Positions 33,432-45,743 of a stretch of 59,630 nt of DNA are shown piece by piece. The position numbers and the translations under genes were made by a program. The first letter of the stretch is position 1. Every line of letters begins with the position of its first letter. The notes beneath the pieces are model-generated. The model was not told the DNA's origin, searched no databases, and worked only from the letters and a program-made list of their open reading frames with translations. This DNA is from Macrostomum lignano (taxonomy: Eukaryota): positions 1-59,630 of the forward strand of contig NIVC01004118.1 in the NCBI GenBank assembly GCA_002269645.1. Direction: 5' to 3'.

Positions 33432-35023
33432 GGTATAGGGAGGCCTATAGCAGTTTATACCAATGTGTACCAATTAATTGTCTTAGACTTTAATATATTT
33501 ATTATATTTACCCTGGATTAAAACTAGGCCTAGAATGAAACAAAAATTGTTATTGTAAAATAACTTATAGCTATAGGTCTAGAAAAAATATAAAATTCTT
33601 GACCAAATTATTTCATAATGAAAAAAATGCAAACAAAAACAAAAAGCTTAACTTTTCTAACTAAGAAAGAATAGTATATATAAGTTTTTGTAAGACCAAA
33701 AACAATCAAAAGTTAAATTAATAATAAAAATCATACAATGAATATGTAGTTATCTAGGCCTATATATTATCTGGAAAGATTTTTGTGGGAAAAAATAAGA
33801 CAAGTAGGCCTATTATTTTTTATAAATGACAAAACATGAAAAAAATGTATACGATGGTCGAATGACTTTTTCCTGAGTGCATAGTGCTAGAATAGTTTTT
33901 TCTGGTATATGTTATTATCAAATTCAGGAAGGTGACACAATATAGGTCTGAATTTTTTTAATAAAATAGTTGACTAATTTAAATTGGATCCGACTAAGCT
34001 GACTCGTTTACAAGTTAAAACATCGAGAAATTCGACTAAGTTCTATGTAGTAACACAATGCTTACATTAACTTTGACAATTTTAGGGTAGTATGAGGAAT
34101 AGAATAGCTTAAAGTGAAAAAAATTACGATTAAAAAATAACCTATGATCTACAAGTAATTTCTATAAAAGCAAACTTTAAATGTATTCAACAGGTTGCAA
34201 AATAAAAAAAACAAATACAAGCTACCAAAACACTAGAAAGATTTTCTGATTAATAACTGTCTGGTATTTTAATTAAAAGATTTTGTTGCTCAAATAATTA
34301 TTTCAAAGTTTAAGACGAGTTCTAGTTCCTAAAATATTCGAAGCCGGCGGTGATAAAAAGTTACTTGGAAAATTGGCTCTTTACCGTCTTTAGTACATTC
34401 ATTTCTCCTACCTCCTTGACCGAACATTCAGAATAAAGCTAAGGACTAATAATTATCTTAATTTGTACGCACTGCAATATGGAATATGCAAACTGCAAAG
34501 CTTCTACTGTAATTAGCTAATCGTCCGAAAAATGCTTTTTTTTAATATGATGTTTTTGTACTCCACGTGCCATTAGAGCATTTATAGTAACCACAGCAAC
34601 TGTCGCCAACTAAAATATAAACTTACATGTACATGCATGTAAGAATACATGTACATTAAAATTCGTGTACAGTTACATATACACATTTTCGTGTACGTAC
34701 ATGTGTAATGTCTTGGTACCCTACAATCGGACCTAACTCGCAAGGATTCGATTTGAAAATAAAATCAAATGATAGAAACAAATATTTATGCGCACCTTGA
34801 AAACAAAATTACATTCTGTTGTTTAAATCACAGAATCGGGTTTGTGCGACAAACAAATAAATGTGCGGTTTATTTTTGATAGCCGCTTCTATAAAATGTT
34901 GATATCAAGCTTCAAATTAAAAATTGACATCATTTTGAAAAAAGGATGAAAACAAGATGTTTTTGTTCTCAACTTTCTGGGAGGATTGACTCGTATGGTT
35001 CATCAAATCAATTTGCAACTCGA

Positions 35024-37420
35024 TCAGGGCAGCTTTGTTGGAACGTCCCTGCTCTCCTTTTCGTTCTGGCTGAGCGTCTTCGACTCGTCTAGCACAAGTT
35101 TGGGCCGGCCTACAGCGTAGCGGAAGCTCTGGCCAAACAAGCTGGAATACCGGAAGTCAATCTCTTGTCGAGTGTAGCGCTGAATGTGCAGCATCTCGTC
35201 CTGAGCCTTCTTAATTGTGTCCGATTTTCCTGTGTCCACAGCCTCCTCTTCGGCTTGGCTGACTTCGCACATCTTTTCATAGTCCCTGGCAAACATAATG
35301 ATGGATCCGGCGCTGCCCATGGCGGATGTGCAAGACATGCCCTCACCACCCTCGCCAGCCATGATGCGCATAGACATGAGACGCTTGCGAGTCACCAGGA
35401 AGTCACCAACTTCATCCAGCGTGCTTGGTCGGTCGTCATTAGACGAGTCTCGCTTGCGCCAGAACGACATGCTAAACATGTCGGATATCTGTGGTATTGA
35501 GTAGAATTGAGTCAGCATTAAAGGTGCCTTCTTCATCACGCGCATCACGCTGGTGGACTGCAGGCCGGGCACGCAGTTGGACAGACTGGTCAGGCCAAAG
35601 AATGTATCGTAGAAGCTGTAGCTCAGGAACGGTTCAATGAACTCGCTGCTGATGAGGATGTCCAGCAGGATTTTGCAGATTCGGTCAATGATGATGGCTG
35701 GGAAGTTTTTCAACAGACAAGTCTGCAAGACGCCGAACAGCAGCGATATGCAGTTCATGATGTCGTATCGGTGGAACCAGCACAGCATGTGCGGCTTAGA
35801 AGCAATATCGGACCAATTCTGTTCCCTAAGCACCACCTTTTTCACTTTCTCAGACTCTGCATCTGCGTCTAAATCCTCGAGGCAGTGCAAATTGACAATT
35901 TCGTAGATTTGAAACAGCAGCGGGTCTTTATGCCACAGGGCTTCCGAACAGTGACGATCGCAGCAGAAGTAGCGATTCTTCTGGAAAACCTCGGTGACGG
36001 AAAGAATCTGGCTGAGAGTAGTCAGGTTCTCATAATCATAGTAGTATGTGTAGGAAAGGAATCGCCTGGGTGCGGACACCGCATGCGGCATGACGGGCCT
36101 GGCCGGTTTGTGCTCAAACACCTTCACGTAGTCGCTGGGCATAGACGGCTCCTTGTCGTGCAGAAGCTTCCGCCCGGCGTACATGCCAAAGCTGTTCGGA
36201 TCGTTGAAGTTTTCCGAGTTCAACTTCTTGAGCTCGAAGTATTCGAGCATTACCTGGCCCATCTCTTTAAGATCGATGAGCTTGAATTGGGGCGACCGAG
36301 ACTCGATCAGTTGCTGCGACACTTTCGATAATTGAAGGCTTGGCTTGCGCTTCAGCACATTGCGACAAACGTCAACCCAATCCAGGAACGGGGTGATGTA
36401 TTGATAGTAGCGGCGTCTGAAGTGATTCGAAAGTTGAAGGTTAGGAAAAAGTCTTTAAACCTTTCTTTCACTATCAAGCTGACTAATGGGCTTGAGGGTA
36501 ACTTACCTATAGACGAGCTTCGATGGATCGCCGGGCGCCCACCTGATAGCTAGCAGATGCGGAATAGCCCCGTAGGCCTCTCGCTTCAAGATGATGTAGT
36601 CATAGTGAAACAGCATGATGTCACCACAGGAAGTGTCGTTGACAAACGAGGCATAGTTGTCCTGATTATAATAGATCATTGGTTTCCGAAACTTTTGCTG
36701 CTTGGAGAGCACCTTCAATGCGCCGTAGTAGCGCAGGTAGACGGCAATGCCGAAAGAGTTCATAAAGAGCACTGTCTTTGCTGTAAAAATTTAATTGGGG
36801 TCGTTCTTTAAGAACTGCTGGAAATCCTACTGGAAAATTTTAGCCAACATTTCACTCATGCTATGCAATTCTGTGTTATGAATAACTAAAAATCGTCAGC
36901 CAACTGCAACATCATCGTCTCATATTCAATTATAATAAAAATTGAAATCTACAGATGTAGCTTGGTACTCACAGTTAAACATGGACCTCTCCAGCGCGTT
37001 TCCCTTCAAGTACAAGGACGGCTGGTCCAGCAGCTGATAGTACTTGTCTGTCTCGAACAGAATGCGGGTGCGCCCCTGCTTCAGCATCCGCAGTAGTCGA
37101 CAGTCGCCACCGTCGCCCATTATGTTGAGCAGCCACTTGGTGTTGCAGTGGTTAGCACCGAAGAAGCCCTCTCCGACGCCAATCACGTACTTGTTATCCC
37201 AGCCATGGTGCATCGCCTTGGGCAAGTTCAGGAATATCTTTGGCTGCTCGTCGTGAGTACCCGAGTTGTCCGGCTCGAGGCTAACGATCGACTTGGCTAC
37301 GTCCCACTGTTTGTCAAGGACGGCTTCCATCTGCGATTTGCGCATTTTGACGGTCTGATTGTTGTGCTTCTTTCCGTTGTTGACAGAACCGCAGTCTTGC
37401 TTCTGCACCAATATGCTGCT
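35024..37420 (-). CDS. ~704-aa hypothetical protein. Exons 37420-36973, 36780-36507, 36416-35024; start unresolved
   Basis: Three ORFs joined by canonical introns (T|GTGAGT..TTTACAG|CA; AG|GTAAGT..CTTCAG|A) in consistent phase; GC3-rich codon usage like ABCF2; no family recognised. Confidence 0.8.
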
Positions 37421-37857
37421 CTGTTGAATCAGTTTATTAGATTAGGCACATCGTTAGTTGCCAAATTTTTTCTGACTGTACCCCCTTTGGGCCATAGACA
37501 GCGCTTCTGCGCAAAAAATCCGATCAATATTTATTTAAAGATCTCTAATTTTTAGCTCTAATTTGGATTAAAAGAATATGATTTCCTTAGGTGATTGGTG
37601 ATGCATATATAAGTAGATTCTGCACGCACACTACTATTTCGAATTCGATTTAAATTTCTAAACGTTTTTTACTGTGTGGCGACAGCTGTTAGTGCCATTT
37701 AAACAGCTATACAGTATGCTTTTAATGGTAAAAGAACAAAATAGATATTATACAGACCACAGACACATCTAGAACACAGACACAGACACATATTAGAAAG
37801 GAAAAGCTAATAGGTGAATAGCTATACGAGTGTATCATGTGAAGCTTTCGAATTTTG

Positions 37858-38130
37858 TCAAACAGGCCGCAACAGTCTCGCCCGACTGTGATCGTCGCTA
37901 ATGTTCAGCGCTTCAACTTGTGCAACCTGAGCCCAGCCGGGGCCATCCAGTTCCTGCAGCTGTTGCCGACGCCCCCATTCTACTGGACGTTGGTTGCCGC
38001 TTTGCAGGGAATTTCTACTGAAAAAGTACACGAGCAGAGCCGTCACGGTGATCAGCTCGGCGGCGATGAGGCAGAGCAGCAGTCTCAGGGAAGCCACTGT
38101 ATTGCTCCAGTGAGTCGCTTTTATGGGCAC
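37858..38130 (-). CDS. Short ORF with one hydrophobic segment (LRLLLCLIAAELITVTALLVYFF); possible upstream exon or small membrane protein
   Basis: GC-rich ORF with a TM-like stretch; no clear ATG or splice structure. Confidence 0.35.
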   Translation of the reverse strand: MPIKATHWSNTVASLRLLLCLIAAELITVTALLVYFFSRNSLQSGNQRPVEWGRRQQLQELDGPGWAQVAQVEALNISDDHSRARLLRPV

Positions 38131-38723
38131 TTTACCAAATTGCTCCTGCTCAGGGCGATATCAACTGAGTGGGGATAAATACAGTCCGGAAAGTGCCCTA
38201 CAGCCTCCCAGGCTTCATCAGGCTTCAGCTATCTATACAGCCCATCCTTATATCGTAATCTGACCGAGAGGCAGTTCATCAGACTGAAGCTGCACATGCC
38301 GGCCCAATCCCAGAGCTTGGCGAGCAAGCATTTCTGATGTACGCACTACATGTAGCAGTAGTATAGCCGTATTTTGTAATGCATCAACTGCAACCAAGTT
38401 GATTGGCTGGGTAGAAGAAGATCAAATCAACAGCAATGTAGGGCCACGGGGGAATAGGCAAGTTCAGCCTACGGTTGAAGAGCTCGACACTGCACTTTTT
38501 ATGAGTAGGTAGCAAAAGCAGCTCAAATAGAATATTAATGACACTGTACTTTAACAAATGACTAAAGCCTAAAGTTCCTGCCTACTGACTGCAGCAAAAA
38601 ACCATGCTTCTCCTGATGAATTCAAATTGGGACATGAAGAGTATTATTGTAAAAGCTCGGTCCTGGTTGTTAGAAAACTACCAGTAATTATTTTACTTAC
38701 TTGAACTATATACTGACGAGAGG

Positions 38724-39013
38724 GGGGTCGTAGCCAAGTGGTTAGAGCGGTGGACTCATGAATTGAAGGTCGGGGGTTCGATTCTCGACCTACTCGGAAC
38801 AACATGTGTCTTTGATGATTGCTTCAGTGCACCCAGCTGTAAAATGGGTGCCAGCATTAGCTGGGGTAATTGAGGGTGTGTGTGGCGACCCCCCAGTCCT
38901 TGGACTGAACAGCCGTACGCAGCCTTCAGATGCGCCGCGCAATAGCTGCGGCTGAGCTGTCGGTTGCACATCTGTCCATTAGGGCAGATGTAATCAATTA
39001 ATCAAAAATCAAA
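38724..39013 (+). mobile_element. tRNA-derived CORE-type SINE, copy 2, with TSD
   Basis: A/B boxes; body near-identical to 28140-28310; 3' stem-loop ACATCTG..CAGATGT; 14-bp TSD ATACTGACG(A/G)GAGG at 38710-38723 and 39014-39027. Confidence 0.88.
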
Positions 39014-39974
39014 ATACTGACGGGAGGCAGAACGCCTCGATTAGGCTTTGAGGCTCCAGTATCTCAACCCGAAGCTAAAAACAGAACCAAGTGGCGTCCG
39101 CAGTCTTTGTCCTGCCGGAGTCCCACGGACGAACTCGCGTAGGTCACGGATCCTCTCCCGGAGTGGTCAGCTCGTCCATCTTTTGCGCGTGGCCGAGTTG
39201 TTGCCTCCAGCTCGCTTTGTCGAAGTGTGCAGCGGGCAGGATGTGATGCATGTTGTGCCGCTGTTTTCTCCTCTAAGGGCCAAATGGGGAGCAGTCACTA
39301 TGTTGTGAGATACACGTGTAAGTCATGGCCAGCAGTAATGACTATATGTACGAGCGTACGCATATATCCCTGACCTCGGTGTTGACGTGGCAACTCTAAC
39401 CTACGAGCGTAAAAAAACTCTTTGTGTAAAGTAAAAAAAGTGTTGCTCATGTACAATCACTATTTTAGTATGTTAGAGACTAAGACAAACACCCACAATT
39501 AGCAGTTTCCGTACCTACATGTAACCGCTAGCTTTCCATTATGCAATAAATTATTGGTCCTTAATATGAACTTTTAGATAGCTACTGTACATGTGCTGTG
39601 CCAAAACTGATTACTTAGAAGTTCCTTGTTTTTTTAGGATTTCTTCCTTATATTTGGGAGACTAATGGAGTATAGTGACATTAATGTACTTGTAGTACCC
39701 TAAATGTGCATGTAAAATGTTGCTATCAATAAATAGTGAGAGCATTTGAGACGGCTCTGTAAGTCTCTTGCTGCTACGAGTATCTCACTCTATACCCCTG
39801 TACTCTCTCGTCTCTCTAACCTCTCCGAATCTTTCCATATCTTCTAAGCCCACGGAAAATTTCGCTTGAGTTACCCTTCTCATTTAACCACTAACTACTT
39901 ACGCTTCAAAGACGCGAAATGTTCCCGTAAGAATTACAGGCAAGTTTTGCGATTGCAAAAAAGCTAGGCTACCC

Positions 39975-40365
39975 CCCCCCCAGACAATTGTTTTTGCTGC
40001 GCCGGAACGGTACTACACAGGCACAAAAAATTCAAGAACACGGGCAAACTTTTTGTTGCACCCTCTTAAACAAGAATCAAGTCGCTAGCCCTCTGGACCG
40101 TCGAGATATTCAAAGATTCTGCCAGAAGGTCGGATTTTCCCATAAGCGCTGTGTTTTCAATACACCACTGTGCGGCAATCAGCACTGCGTCTCAGTGCAG
40201 CCTTGCCAAGCCTCCAAATTTCATCAGCACGTCGACCACATGTGTCTGCATCATCTCTGACTTCGTTGGTCACTGGGCCTTCACCCAGGAGCTTGGCTGG
40301 ACCTTCAACAGGTGGCGGCCAGTTGACTATGGACACGCTGTTACGAATTTCTCTCTAGTTTCGCC
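39975..40365. repeat. Dispersed repeat homologous to 19360-19790
   Basis: See partner feature at 19360. Confidence 0.75.
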
Positions 40366-40519
40366 AGTGAAAAAAAATACAAAAAAGTATCGATTTTTCT
40401 GTATGGACTGAAGATTAAGTGAAGGTTAGGAAAATTGCTAAAAAATAAAAAGTCTTCTCTTTTGGGTGTCCATTAGTACGTCATGTTTCGTCTTCTTGAA
40501 GGTGATGCCGACGGCGTCG

Positions 40520-40750
40520 GGGTGATGACTGAATGCTTGAGAGACGCAATCTTTAGCAGAATCAGAATTTGGTCAGCCAGTTTTTTCTCTAGCATTCTTA
40601 CAATGCATCTCAAGACGAAAAGTTTATTTGAGCTTTGCAAAAAAACATGTTTTTCGAATATTTAATCCCTTTAGCATTGAGCAATTTCTTAGCCACGACC
40701 CATGTACCGTCATGGAGAAATTTCTGGTTGAATGGTGCAAGTTTCAGAAA
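40520..40750 (-). mobile_element. Fragment of the Helitron-like family found at 49328 and 54852
   Basis: Reverse complement matches 54940-55130, including AATGCTAAAGGGATTAAATATTCGAAAAAC. Confidence 0.7.
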
Positions 40751-41494
40751 CAGCTGAAAATGTTCGGCAGCTGAGGTTTCCCCATTAGTGAAGCTTGATA
40801 TTTAGAAATATCTCCCCCTTGGTAGTTCGGCGGGCGGAAAAATGGCTTGGTATATTCCTACTGGTACGTACGTGCACCACGCTTGGCTTCATCATAAAAT
40901 TGGAGGTTTTCTCTGCAGTTTGAAAAAAAAGTGACATGGAAATTTCGGTCGTGTATATGTATTACTATACATGTTTATTCTCAAGCTCGTTTCAATTACG
41001 GGAGGGGGTCAAAGCAAGGACCACTGTATAGTAGACACTTGGGTCAGAAGAAAAAATTAGTTTATAAAGCGCCGTGTACAAAATCCATGTGAAAAAGCAA
41101 AAGTATGCAGCCGACAGTGGCGCATTCATTTTAGTTTTTGAATTTACTTGTCCGTGTAACTATATATGAAGGTCAGCTAAAGAGAATTTTACTTGGCAGG
41201 ACAATTTGGATTGAAGGCTTAAACTATTTGAGACTGAGGACTTTTTATTAAAAAATTTTCATTGCACCATAATATTCATGGCTATTTTAATTACTTTTAC
41301 TGAATTTAACAGCCAAGTACGCATTTTTTCATATCTTTATTTTGTTTAAATCTTACGTTGCATTCCATTTGCGCCAACAACACCATTTTTAAATGAATTA
41401 TAAAGCTTCTTTTTAAAACTTGTGATTTATTGTATCTGGTATTTACCATAGCTTTTATTTCTTCATTCATTTCTTTCCAAACGACATAAGTCAA

Positions 41495-42696
41495 ATGGAC
41501 AGCAAACCGGCATTGGGACGTGACTCGACTATGGCTGCGACTGCCAAGGTTAGTTTCGGTTGGGTTTCTACCTTTGATCAAAGTACAGGTTATTTCTTAA
41601 GTTTATAATCATGTCAGTCATTTTTCATTTCTTGGGTTTACATAGCCTAATTGTGCTGGCAATCAAATAAGTAGCTTAAGTGTTGGTAAAGACAGTGAGT
41701 AAAACTAAAAAAATTAATAAATAAAATCGCTATATAAAATTGTCATAAGGAACAGTGGACACAAATAAAATAGTTAAAGGAGACTCTAGGGAAGTAAGAG
41801 CTTATGTGGTTTAAAATATAAAGTTAAAACTGATATACAAGTATTACTATCCTTAACATAAAGAGTGCATATCGTGTTGCAATATATTTTTTAACTTAAG
41901 GCATAGCATCATTCTGTTTTTTTAGCTTATTTAGTAACATTTATTATATTATTGTCAGTTTGATACTGAATATTTTGTTAATATTAATAAGAATAGTATT
42001 AACAATTATAATTTAATGCTAATAATTTTACTAATAATAAAATTTTATTAATAATAATGACTTATTAAAAATGGTCAAATCATTTTCCTTTCTAGGTAGC
42101 CAAGCAAATCCTTGGGAAGGAGGCAAACAAGCTTGGCGACACCAGGGCTACTACAAACATAATCAAGAAGACCAAGCTGAAACGCGCCTCTACTGTACAG
42201 AAGGTAGCTGATGAAGCCAAAGCTTTTCTTGGCCAGGTGAGCTATTATACAATTTCAACTTGAATTTTTAGTATCCTTTTTAGAAAAGTCAAAAACATAT
42301 TTCAGACCAGGGCATTCCTAATATTGTACATTGTCAACGCTAAAATGTCAAAAATAGTGCATCAGCACCAACCAACACAACTTCATGTAGCATTCCAGTC
42401 AAGCCCACTCCAGTCAAGCCCACTGTTTAATGTACAATACATTCACAACACCAAGCAGCCTCGCTAGTGTACATTCTCAAACCCAATCAATCCTACCCCC
42501 ACTAATGTACGAGCTACATCCCTCCAAACAAACCGACCCCCCTCTCCCCCAGGAGGTGTCGGTGAACGCCGGTCGGAAGCTGCGCACCCGCAAGCCTCGC
42601 CCGGCTGCCCCCGCCAAGCCGACGCCGAAACGAGCGGGCACCATGAAGACCACCGCTAAGGAGGGCAGGGCCTTCCTCAAGTCGGCCGCAAAGTGA
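41495..42696 (+). CDS. 112-aa small basic protein with three R-x-x-T-M/V helical repeats. Exons 41495-41548, 42096-42236, 42553-42696
   Basis: Three phase-0 exons with canonical sites (AAG|GTTAGT, TTCTAG|, CAG|GTGAGC, CCCCAG|); repeats LGRDSTMAATAKVAKQIL / LKRASTVQKVADEAKAFL / PKRAGTMKTTAKEGRAFL. Confidence 0.85.
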
Positions 42697-43534
42697 TGCC
42701 CTCTTGGTCGGCTACTCAGCTTCAAATGCTCTGTTGAGCAGAACAAAACTCATTTTGACAATATACGAGTAAAAACAAGTTAAGCGGGTATATTTCTTTT
42801 TCGCTTGCCCGAGCTTGAGTAATTCATCCTTTTGCTCCTTCATCTTCTTAGGCAGCAGCCATTTTTTCTCTCGAATAAAATTCACCATCTCGAATTTTTT
42901 TCAACGAATATCTCTCGATGTTATAATTGTGCCTTGTTATTGTTGCATAAGCCTAATAAGCTACTTTGTTGCTAACTAGCTATATTACTTAAAAGTAGGA
43001 ATTTTCTAAATTTAGTTTCTTTTCGAAATTGTTGTGTTTTTTTGTTTATTTTCATTCCTTTATGATTTTAAAAGCATGCTTCACTTTGAATTATAAAAAC
43101 AAAAAAATCAATTGTTGTTGCGTGATAGAATTATCAAATCTAGTTTTTTGTTGTTTCTTTGAAGTTTTTTGAAGCAAATCTTGTTGCTTTTCGTTTGATT
43201 ATTTCTGCACTGAAGTTAATTGGAAATCATTCTGGCAACATATTCTAACTGTGCTTTTTCTTGCAGCTTAACTAAGAAAGGACTTTTCATTAATATTTAA
43301 TCTTTACACGCTTTGAAGTGACTTAGTTTGACAGAAAAACTTGGCACCTATTTATTACTTATAATAAATTTCAATTCATATTTACCACGCATCTTTAGAC
43401 TCGTAAATCAATAAGTTAATTTACAATTTATTAATTGCTTAGATTTTTTCCTTTAATGTAATTGAGGATGACGCTGTAATTTGAGAATGATGCCATGTGA
43501 GACAACTCGGAATGTCGCACAGCCCATTTTTGTA

Positions 43535-45245
43535 TCCTGTGAGGACGATGCTGTGTCAGACAGACCTCGGTCTGGTATCCTGTGAGGACGATGCTGTGTC
43601 AGACAGACCTCAGTCTGGTATCCTGTGAGGACGATGCTGTGTCAGACAGACCTCAGTCTGGTATCCTGTGAGGACGATGCTGTGTCAGACAGACCTCAGT
43701 CTGGTATCCTGTGAGGACGATGCTGTGTCAGACAGACCTCAGTCTGGTATCCTGTGAGGACGATGCTGTGTCAGACAGACCTCAGTCTGGTATCCTGTGA
43801 GGACGATGCTGTGTCAGACAGACCTCAGTCTGGTATCCTGTGAGGACGATGCTGTGTCAGACAGACCTCAGTCTGGTATCCTGTGAGGACGATGCTGTGT
43901 CAGACAGACCTCAGTCTGGTATCCTGTGAGGACGATGCTGTGTCAGACAGACCTCAGTCTGGTATCCTGTGAGGACGATGCTGTGTCAGACAGACCTCAG
44001 TCTGGTATCCTGTGAGGACGATGCTGTGTCAGACAGACCTCAGTCTGGTATCCTGTGAGGACGATGCTGTGTCAGACAGACCTCAGTCTGGTATCCTGTG
44101 AGGACGATGCTGTGTCAGACAGACCTCAGTCTGGTATCCTGTGAGGACGATGCTGTGTCAGACAGACCTCAGTCTGGTATCCTGTGAGGACGATGCTGTG
44201 TCAGACAGACCTCAGTCTGGTATCCTGTGAGGACGATGCTGTGTCAGACAGACCTCGTCTGGTATCCTGTGAGGACGATGCTGTGTCAGACAGACCTCGG
44301 TCTGGTATCCTGTGAGGACGATGCTGTGTCAGACAGACCTCAGTCTGGTATCCTGTGAGGACGATGCTGTGTCAGACAGACCTCAGTCTGGTATCCTGTG
44401 AGGACGATGCTGTGTCAGACAGACCTCAGTCTGGTATCCTGTGAGGACGATGCTGTGTCAGACAGACCTCAGTCTGGTATCCTGTGAGGACGATGCTGTG
44501 TCAGACAGACCTCAGTCTGGTATCCTGTGAGGACGATGCTGTGTCAGACAGACCTCAGTCTGGTATCCTGTGAGGACGATGCTGTGTCAGACAGACCTCA
44601 GTCTGGTATCCTGTGAGGACGATGCTGTGTCAGACAGACCTCAGTCTGGTATCCTGTGAGGACGATGCTGTGTCAGACAGACCTCAGTCTGGTATCCTGT
44701 GAGGACGATGCTGTGTCAGACAGACCTCAGTCTGGTATCCTGTGAGGACGATGCTGTGTCAGACAGACCTCAGTCTGGTATCCTGTGAGGACGATGCTGT
44801 GTCAGACAGACCTCAGTCTGGTATCCTGTGAGGACGATGCTGTGTCAGACAGACCTCAGTCTGGTATCCTGTGAGGACGATGCTGTGTCAGACAGACCTC
44901 AGTCTGGTATCCTGTGAGGACGATGCTGTGTCAGACAGACCTCAGTCTGGTATCCTGTGAGGACGATGCTGTGTCAGACAGACCTCGGTCTGGTATCCTG
45001 TGAGGACGATGCTGTGTCAGACAGACCTCGGTCTGGTATCCTGTGAGGACGATGCTGTGTCAGACAGACCTCAGTCTGGTATCCTGTGAGGACGATGCTG
45101 TGTCAGACAGACCTCAGTCTGGTATCCTGTGAGGACGATGCTGTGTCAGACAGACCTCAGTCTGGTATCCTGTGAGGACGATGCTGTGTCAGACAGACCT
45201 CAGTCTGGTATCCTGTGAGGACGATGCTGTGTCAGACAGAACTCA
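43535..45245. repeat. 43-bp minisatellite TCCTGTGAGGACGATGCTGTGTCAGACAGACCTCAGTCTGGTA, about 40 near-identical copies
   Basis: 43-bp periodicity, head-to-tail, no spacers. Confidence 0.97.
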
Positions 45246-45743
45246 GTTTGTGTCACAGTATTTTGTGCTCAAAACGTAGGCCTTTCTAAAGCAGCTGCTG
45301 CACACTCGTAGATGCCACTGTAGACGAAACAGCTTAAACCCCGATTAAAATACGCGAATTTCATATGAATGACTTCGTGTCACGCAGAAAGAAAACAAAT
45401 TAAGAACAAATTTTAATCTCTAGCAAGTGACTCGCTTGATAATTTCAACAACTAAAATGATTTTTCTTGGCTAGTTTCCATGACTCAGTTCGATGCAAAC
45501 AGCCACTGCTGCGAAGAACAGAAACCCCCACTTTGCATATCTTTCTTCTTTCTCAGCTATAGTCGCGATAAAATTAGCGAGCTTGGTGCAAGCAACTCTT
45601 CGTTGGCAAACGTAGGCCACAAAAAGTGTCCTTTTTGAACTCTTAAGTTTATAAAGTCCTGAGAGAAGGCTGAAAAACAATTTCAGGCAAAATAGTTTCT
45701 CAACACGCTCTCAACAGTAAAGGTTTGTTTAGCAGTTTATTTG

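Noticed and set aside
35110-37555. Plus-strand and alternate-frame ORFs overlapping ABCF2, the orphan gene and the hydrolase
   Set aside because: Shadow ORFs typical of GC3-rich coding sequence; no independent splice or start signals.
43535-45245. CRISPR-like array (43-bp repeat with hairpin)
   Set aside because: Repeats are head-to-tail with no unique spacers, there are no cas genes, and the context is eukaryotic. The same applies to the 31-, 35-, 39- and 41-bp arrays.
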